From a virus, in IMG/VR virus record IMGVR_UViG_3300048927_000308, positions 1 through 64,000 of that record: 64,000 nucleotides of DNA. The stretch is one strand, 5' to 3'. The position numbers and the translations under genes are program-made. Below the pieces are notes generated by a model. That model did not search any database, was not told where the DNA came from, and was given only the letters and a program-made list of their open reading frames with translations. The first letter of the stretch is position 1. Every line of letters begins with the position of its first letter. Shown here piece after piece: positions 58,429 through 64,000 of this stretch.

Positions 58429-58809
58429 TCACCCCCCCCTGTTGGTGTACGCGCGGCTGGTATTAAGGTGCGCCGCCACCACATCGGCATTCGCGCTGGC
58501 CAGCGTCTCGGAGCACTCATCACAGCCAAGATAGTAAAGCCCTGAAACCTCATTCAGTCGCAGCCTGCCATCCTGCACAGCTGTATTGCTAATTACCGTC
58601 GCATGCCACGTCATCGATTCACTGCCGCACTCTGGGCACGTTCTCATGTTGCAGAGTGCTGGCGGCGCGGTTAATGCAGTCAGTGTTGTTTTAGCCATCA
58701 ATACCAATGCCTGGTTATCAGCAGGCATCTGCTCTACCGGGATCGCATACGCTTCATGCTGCGCAATAATCGCTTCGCAATATTGCTTCAGCTGCTGATT
58801 ATTCATCAT
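58429..58809 (-). CDS. Zinc-ribbon hypothetical protein
   Basis: CPECG ... GCDECSET. Confidence 0.65.
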   Translation of the reverse strand: MMNNQQLKQYCEAIIAQHEAYAIPVEQMPADNQALVLMAKTTLTALTAPPALCNMRTCPECGSESMTWHATVISNTAVQDGRLRLNEVSGLYYLGCDECSETLASANADVVAAHLNTSRAYTNRGG

Positions 58810-59194
58810 GTCCTACCACCTTAAACCCGTTGTCTTTGAGAACCTTCGCTACCTGATCGGCATAATCAAACTGTGCCGGATGATTGATGCGCGGCAGCAG
58901 AATCGGTACCACCGGCGCGGGTGGGGAAAGAAAGAGCGGCAGCGACGCGCCTTTTTTCGGCTCTGTAGTAATCGTGGCGAAGCGAGTGTGGCCTTTGATA
59001 ACGCGCTTTGCGGCTTCGCCATCAACATAGAACATTGGTGTGCCTGTAAGCGTGGCCAACGCAATCTCTGCCAGCTTCAAATCGCACTCAAGGGCTGGTC
59101 GGGCTGCTTTAAAAGCGACCTGAACTGCCGCCATTCGCAGAGCCTTAACGTTTTCACGAGCATGCTCAATAAGTTGCTCTTTTGCGATTGTCAT
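58799..59194 (-). CDS. Eaa-like protein
   Basis: KEQLI...LAEIALATL. Confidence 0.65.
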   Translation of the reverse strand: MTIAKEQLIEHARENVKALRMAAVQVAFKAARPALECDLKLAEIALATLTGTPMFYVDGEAAKRVIKGHTRFATITTEPKKGASLPLFLSPPAPVVPILLPRINHPAQFDYADQVAKVLKDNGFKVVGHDE

Positions 59195-59409
59195 TGGGCC
59201 GCCCCTTCAATGACGTCTTCTCCGCAATGCATCTGGCCATTGCGGTAGCTTGGGTGCTGAAGAGAGTAGATAAGGTAAGTGCTGCCAAATGCGGTCCATT
59301 TGCCCTCAATATGAATCACTTTCCCACTCTGTTTTCTGTTCTGGCGATCGGTGTAATTAACCACCTCACCGACGTTGAATTTCGGCTGTAACGCCTTGGC
59401 TTTGCTCAT
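59191..59409 (-). CDS. Small SH3/KOW-like hypothetical protein
   Basis: KFNVGEVV...GKVI; ATG after GGAG. Confidence 0.6.
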   Translation of the reverse strand: MSKAKALQPKFNVGEVVNYTDRQNRKQSGKVIHIEGKWTAFGSTYLIYSLQHPSYRNGQMHCGEDVIEGAAQ

Positions 59410-59717
59410 ATTGATGTGCTCCCGAAGATTTTGTGAATTTGATAGCCCTGCCAATTCTGGCGACATATTTCTGCTGCGTTGGGCTGATGTTGTTTTTCCC
59501 GAAGAGGCTTAATTCGCGTTTCACCACCAGCCTCCATAATGAACATAGGGTGGCGCGATCGGCCTACATTCCTCACTGCACCAACCGAAACCAAATGCTC
59601 CAGCAGGCGATAGGCCTTTTTGCTGTCACAATTCAGTAAGCGGCTCACTTCCCGGGGGGTGATCTTTCCGTTGCATTGAATAGTCCGGATAATTGTCCAA
59701 AGGTTATTACTTGCCAT
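59406..59717 (-). CDS. wHTH protein (DUF977-like)
   Basis: HTH followed by ICRQNW. Confidence 0.65.
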   Translation of the reverse strand: MASNNLWTIIRTIQCNGKITPREVSRLLNCDSKKAYRLLEHLVSVGAVRNVGRSRHPMFIMEAGGETRIKPLREKQHQPNAAEICRQNWQGYQIHKIFGSTSI

Positions 59718-59919
59718 TGGCCCCTCCGCTGTTTATTGGCCTAATGCTCTCTAGCAACAAACGGCGGCGAAATTGAGGGGCACCCCAGCGTCTGCCGGTC
59801 CGTTTGTCGTAGGACTCGTTACGGCCGACCACCCAGGAGGAGCGCGTTTCATGGATTTTGAAACGTTTCTCACCTTCACTTGTGACTACAAGGCCGGTGT
59901 GGGTTTTTACAATGGACAT
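59707..59919 (-). CDS. Hypothetical protein
   Basis: AGGAG RBS; in the operon. Confidence 0.6.
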   Translation of the reverse strand: MSIVKTHTGLVVTSEGEKRFKIHETRSSWVVGRNESYDKRTGRRWGAPQFRRRLLLESIRPINSGGANGK

Positions 59920-59929
59920 CTGGTTCTCC

Positions 59930-60274
59930 TTATTTCGCTACCACGCGCGCGCGGCGAAGTAATTTGTAACGTGCCCCGCAACTGGTGCAGGCGGCGGTCA
60001 TCGCGCCGGAACGGGTCTGTTTGAGCAGTAGTGCGTTGCAATTGGGACATTCCACCTCGGCAACGCGCTGCGCCATCTGGCGATCAATCTCTTTGATACT
60101 CTCTGGGGTGCGCTTGCGGGGCTTGCTCGGCAGGGTGAGTCCCAGCGCGCGGGCAATCTTCCGGTATTCTTTGCCGATCCACTTCCCCCCGGGCTCCAGA
60201 TGCAGGCCATCGCCGATCATGTCGCCCAGCTTCACGAGCTGGCTGTGCAGGTGCGCTTTATCGTCGTCGTTCAC
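59930..60274 (-). CDS. Zinc-ribbon hypothetical protein
   Basis: CPNC...CTSCG. Confidence 0.65.
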   Translation of the reverse strand: MNDDDKAHLHSQLVKLGDMIGDGLHLEPGGKWIGKEYRKIARALGLTLPSKPRKRTPESIKEIDRQMAQRVAEVECPNCNALLLKQTRSGAMTAACTSCGARYKLLRRARVVAK

Positions 60275-60759
60275 TCTGCTGCCCCGTCTTTCACGTAGAT
60301 AATCCAGTGGGTTTTGTCGGATTTGCCGGTGCGTTGACGGATAACCGGCTTTTCATCGGCCAGAACGATGATTTCTCGCATAGGGATCTGCGTTTCGTTC
60401 CACTTGAAGATCAGCACGCCATACGGGCGCAGCACACGGAATGCCTCGGCAAAACCCGCGCGGATGTCGTCGCGCCAGGTCTTTTTGTCGAGTACGCCAT
60501 ATTTCTGACGCATCCAGCCTTTTTCACCGGCACGCTCCAGGTGCGGGGGATCGAAGACGACAACCGGAAAGGTGTTGTCAGCAAATGGCAGATTACGGAA
60601 GTCGGCAATCAGGTCCGGGCGAATGACCAGCTGGCGGCCATCGCCCATCTGGATCTCTTCAGCGCGAATGTCACTGAAAACAGCGCGCTGGTCGGCCCTG
60701 TCGAACCAGAACATGCGAGATCCGCAGCAGACGTCGAGAATAGAGGCAGCGTCTGTCAT
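60271..60759 (-). CDS. Small class I SAM-dependent (amino) methyltransferase
   Basis: ILDVCCGSRMFWF and VVFDPPH. Confidence 0.85.
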   Translation of the reverse strand: MTDAASILDVCCGSRMFWFDRADQRAVFSDIRAEEIQMGDGRQLVIRPDLIADFRNLPFADNTFPVVVFDPPHLERAGEKGWMRQKYGVLDKKTWRDDIRAGFAEAFRVLRPYGVLIFKWNETQIPMREIIVLADEKPVIRQRTGKSDKTHWIIYVKDGAAE

Positions 60760-61055
60760 AACCCACGCTCCGATCTGGTTCTGGCCACCTTTACAGCCTT
60801 CAGCCCGTCAGAGGTGATCATCACAGGATGCCAGGACGTCGCCTTGCCAGCTTTCGGCGGAGTAACAAAATCCACCAGCCCCAGGCGGTACAGCACCGGG
60901 ATGCTGGGCGCGTTAACCGGCCGATGTGAGCGCGGGCCATCCAGGCGTTGTTCGTCAGCCTTCAGGCCATCGCCGCGCATCAGGTAGCGCGTTCCACTGT
61001 TCAGGCGGCGCAGGGTGTAAACCTGCGAATCAGTCAAGGAAAGTGCTGTCTTCAT
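60756..61055 (-). CDS. Small wHTH-like protein
   Basis: LTDSQ..TL...L..LGLV...IT..G. Confidence 0.6.
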   Translation of the reverse strand: MKTALSLTDSQVYTLRRLNSGTRYLMRGDGLKADEQRLDGPRSHRPVNAPSIPVLYRLGLVDFVTPPKAGKATSWHPVMITSDGLKAVKVARTRSERGL

Positions 61056-61447
61056 TTTTTGATTCCTTGCTCAACGTTTTTCAGGTCGTTTTCGGCAAAA
61101 AGAATTGATGTGCGAGCGGCGCGAAGCCGGGCTTTGGCGTTTTTCTCTTCGCGTTCCAGATTGGCTACGGAGGTGCGCAGCTCATCCGCGCGGTGGCGCA
61201 GCTGTTTGATCTCGGTGACGACGTGCCGCGCCTTATTGGCGCAATCCAGGATGTAATCGAACGGGTCCAGCTCCGATTTGCAGACGTCGCAATAAAAACT
61301 CCGCCGGGACTCGTCCACGAAGGTGCGCGGGTGCGGGCAGCGCTTTTGCTGATGCGTCTTTTCGTTTTCGACCTGCACGTTAAGAAGCTCTTCTTCGTTC
61401 GGCTCCGGACGCACCAGCTTGATGATTTTATTCTCGTCGTCGCTCAC
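61052..61447 (-). CDS. Zinc-finger/coiled-coil hypothetical protein
   Basis: CPH...CDVC...DPFD. Confidence 0.7.
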   Translation of the reverse strand: MSDDENKIIKLVRPEPNEEELLNVQVENEKTHQQKRCPHPRTFVDESRRSFYCDVCKSELDPFDYILDCANKARHVVTEIKQLRHRADELRTSVANLEREEKNAKARLRAARTSILFAENDLKNVEQGIKK

Positions 61448-61929
61448 AGCGTCACCTCTTCCGGAAGGGCGCAGCGGCGCACATATTTTTCAACGAGCGG
61501 GCCGACTTCATGCCCAATCGCGGCGCAGACTTCCTTCGCGATCTCGGTATAGCCCTGCTCTGGCAAAAACTCAGTTTCGGTCATCCCCTTTCCACGCAGC
61601 ACCAGGCGCGCGATGTCGAACGCCGGGCGGGTCAGATGATCGGGCAGCTTAAAATAAAAGGCCTCGCCGGGGCGGCGGTCGGAAATGACCAAGCGCTCAC
61701 GATCCACCAGCGCGTTGATACGGCGCAGCGACTGGCTCACGGACAGCGGCAGGTCCAGCACGTAGCCACGGGAAACAGAGCAGATCTGCGTTGCGGAACG
61801 GTGCCAATAATCGTCAGCGCCTGCCAGGCCGCGTAGGTTTCCGACATAGTGATGAGTTGCGGTATACGGCAGCTTTTTAACCGTCGCGTGCCAGACGGCC
61901 AAAAGGATTTCTTTATCGTTAATTTTCAA
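61444..61929 (-). CDS. Hypothetical protein
   Basis: TTG start after GGAGG. Confidence 0.6.
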   Translation of the reverse strand: MKINDKEILLAVWHATVKKLPYTATHHYVGNLRGLAGADDYWHRSATQICSVSRGYVLDLPLSVSQSLRRINALVDRERLVISDRRPGEAFYFKLPDHLTRPAFDIARLVLRGKGMTETEFLPEQGYTEIAKEVCAAIGHEVGPLVEKYVRRCALPEEVTL

Positions 61930-61931
61930 AC

Positions 61932-62240
61932 TTATGCCCTCCGGCATGAGCTCAGCAACTGGTGGACGTGGTAGCCACGCCAGTTGCGTTTGCATAGTTC
62001 GAAAATCATATTGCCTGGACCGCGCGCGCTGGCATCGACGCATGTCCCAAAAAGCCCGTCGCTCAGCATTACTAGGCCATCCTTAATCTGGACGTGCCCT
62101 CTTCCCAGGCTGTAAGAGATAGCCCTGCCAATTTGCGCATTAGATAAGCCGGTGATGCTGGCGATTTCACGGCGGGTAAGCGGGCCGTGTTTTTCCAATA
62201 CATCGTTAATGAGTTGGCGTGAGGAAATATTTTTGATCAT
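61932..62240 (-). CDS. wHTH protein (DUF977-like)
   Basis: GPLTRREIA..TGL HTH and CKRNW. Confidence 0.65.
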   Translation of the reverse strand: MIKNISSRQLINDVLEKHGPLTRREIASITGLSNAQIGRAISYSLGRGHVQIKDGLVMLSDGLFGTCVDASARGPGNMIFELCKRNWRGYHVHQLLSSCRRA

Positions 62241-62398
62241 AGGGCGTCATCCCCCGACAGATCGCAGAGATAGCTTGCTGAGACATTCCCTAAGTGGCGA
62301 GACGCCTTCATATTGGCGTCCGGTTTGAAGCTGGTTACAGCGACAGTAAACATCCAGATGTAAAACGCTGTAACGGCCAACTTTAAAAAAGCATTCAT
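62237..62398 (-). CDS. Small membrane-anchored protein (53 aa, not in the ORF track)
   Basis: MNAFLKLAVTAFYIWMFTVAV...; GGAG RBS; first gene after a C1 operator. Confidence 0.55.
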   Translation of the reverse strand: MNAFLKLAVTAFYIWMFTVAVTSFKPDANMKASRHLGNVSASYLCDLSGDDAL

Positions 62399-62486
62399 AT
62401 TGGCTCCAATGATTGATTGGCTATTTCAACAGCCGCTGAAAGCGTGCGGCTTGGTGGTATTATTATCTTTTGGGACTTAAAAAACA

Positions 62487-62503
62487 ATATTTATTAGAGC
62501 AAT
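62487..62503 (-). promoter_or_regulatory. C1 operator
   Basis: ATTGCTCTAATAAATAT. Confidence 0.85.
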
Positions 62504-62603
62504 TAAAAGGGTGACGTGCTTGCAAAACGCTATGGCGGCGTCCAAGGTCAAAAAAAAGCCGATGGGCAGAAACCCATCAGCATTGATTGTGACACTGTAA
62601 CGG

Positions 62604-63866
62604 TTAACGAACGTAAATGGTCCCTCCGTTCTCTTTCTCCCATGCGTCAGTGCGCGCATAGCAAACGTCAAGCAGCGTTTTAGCAACTTCAGCAGATAGG
62701 TCATAGTTAGCCACCAGCTGTGCGTGACGCCGCGTGACCACATCGAACAGTGTATGAAGGCCTTTGCTGGCCAGGTCATCAACCAGCGCATCGTCCAGCG
62801 GCAATTCCGCATCAACTAGCATTAATTCCTGAGCCCATTCAACACGGCGCACTAGCTCAGGTCGGCGGCTTTCCATCTCTTCGCAGATCAGCTCGTGGAA
62901 AAACTCAATCCATCCTTCAGGTTGGTATTCTTCAAACAGATCGATAGGCTGGAAATTGGGCATCAACCATTCGTTGATACGGATGTCCAGGGCGTAGCCC
63001 ATGTCACAGCAGAACTGATAAGCAAAATCCAGTTTTGAGACAATATAAGGCCTCTCGCTGTTGAACTGCTTTGGCGCTGTTACTCCATAAGCGAGCAGGC
63101 GCGGATAGAAGGTTATCGGACCCAAGGTCGGGTGTTCTTTCTTTGAGGTGAAACGGCGCTGAGTTATGCCGTACATCTCTTTTTGTAGGTTGCCATATTT
63201 GGTTGTTTCTTCCGCCAGTCGTACCGTTTCGGTTTTCTGCTTGGCATAGGCTATGCGCGCTTCGCTGAGGTCTTTGATGTGCTTTTTGATCTGCTGGTTA
63301 AGGTCTGCTACCTGTTTGCGCAGCTCCTGGCGTTCACGCTTAGCTTTGGCGTAACGTTTTTCAAGATTAACGGGATCAAGTTTCAACAGCTCTTTGTAGC
63401 TCTTGCTAAGGGTATTGACCTGCTGGTTACGCAGCTCCAGGAGCGTGGTAGTTTCGTTTAGCTTGTTCTCCATCTCCAGGCAGAACTGCTCTGCCTTTTC
63501 GGCGCGCTGTATTGCATCGTGAGTGGCTTCCTCAATATCATCCTGCTTCTGGCGATCGCGTTGGTCCATAAGCAGCTGAAGGTCTTCAAGCTCTTTCTCT
63601 TTCACGCCCAGCTTGATCTGCACATTTTCGTACATGTCCAAAAGCGAATTGTAATTATCAACTTCGCCGTTATGGGCATCTATTGCTTGCACCATAAGCA
63701 TTTCTGCGGACTGGACAGCGTTATCAAAGAAACGGATGGTCAGATCATCACAGGTTACTCGGCGTTGCGCCGCGCGGATATTCTGGATTACGGCCGGGAT
63801 ACCGGCTTCGAGAATTTCAGGAATGGTTGTTGCAGTGATTGATTGGCTTTGTGCAGTAGCGGTCAT
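62604..63866 (-). CDS. pmgS: PmgS-like coiled-coil protein
   Basis: AGIPAVIQNIRAAQRRV... and C-terminal WEKENGGTIYVR resemble the P1 protein. Confidence 0.7.
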   Translation of the reverse strand: MTATAQSQSITATTIPEILEAGIPAVIQNIRAAQRRVTCDDLTIRFFDNAVQSAEMLMVQAIDAHNGEVDNYNSLLDMYENVQIKLGVKEKELEDLQLLMDQRDRQKQDDIEEATHDAIQRAEKAEQFCLEMENKLNETTTLLELRNQQVNTLSKSYKELLKLDPVNLEKRYAKAKRERQELRKQVADLNQQIKKHIKDLSEARIAYAKQKTETVRLAEETTKYGNLQKEMYGITQRRFTSKKEHPTLGPITFYPRLLAYGVTAPKQFNSERPYIVSKLDFAYQFCCDMGYALDIRINEWLMPNFQPIDLFEEYQPEGWIEFFHELICEEMESRRPELVRRVEWAQELMLVDAELPLDDALVDDLASKGLHTLFDVVTRRHAQLVANYDLSAEVAKTLLDVCYARTDAWEKENGGTIYVR

Positions 63867-63868
63867 TT

Positions 63869-64000
63869 TTAGATTTCCGTTTTGGCTTCTTTTTCGGTCA
63901 TTTTTCCAAGGTATGAAGGCGGCAGCATTACGCAATCGGTGTCCAGCCCTTCTCCCAGCGCCGCCTGTAAAATCCTTGCCGGCGTGAGTCGTTTGTTAGG
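63869..64000 (-). CDS. 3' end of an upstream gene (partial)
   Basis: Open frame ...PNKRLTPARILQAALGEG...KTEI* ending just before the pmgS start. Confidence 0.55.
   Translation of the reverse strand, partial: PNKRLTPARILQAALGEGLDTDCVMLPPSYLGKMTEKEAKTEI

Overview
This window is about 64 kb of a P1-like (Punavirus-type) temperate phage-plasmid from an enterobacterial host. It is clearly homologous to E. coli P1 but diverged from it. In order it holds: the tail fibre constant region, cut at a hix/gix/cix-type invertase crossover site; baseplate, tail and head genes (R, 16, bplA, pmgA, sit, pmgB, tub, pmgC, bplB, pmgG, 21, 22, 23); parS-parB-parA of the P7 type; incA iterons, repA and oriR; spanins and PAAR; an early operon (rdgC, a GT-A glycosyltransferase, the fused Dcm-Dam dmt, the DnaB analogue ban); more tail genes (5, 6, 24, 7, 25, 26); an accessory block (HigBA, a Tad2-like anti-defence protein, ref); a diverged Cre with an exact loxP; coi and c1; pacB/pacA with the GATC-rich pac site; lpa; LexA-controlled lxr-humD; and a long array of small Ead/Eaa-like early genes ending at pmgS. 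About ten C1 operators, several late promoters and two SOS boxes are visible. The most notable unexplained signals are: (1) a ~420-nt nested, highly structured non-coding element between genes 24 and 6; (2) a ~550-nt structured leader with a tRNA-like domain upstream of the antirepressor coi; (3) a glycosyltransferase translationally coupled to the Dcm-Dam methylase, which itself holds a nested alternative-frame ORF; (4) recurring hairpins that pair late-promoter -10 regions with the downstream RBS. Gene names come from remembered P1 sequence similarity and synteny. No database search or folding program was run.
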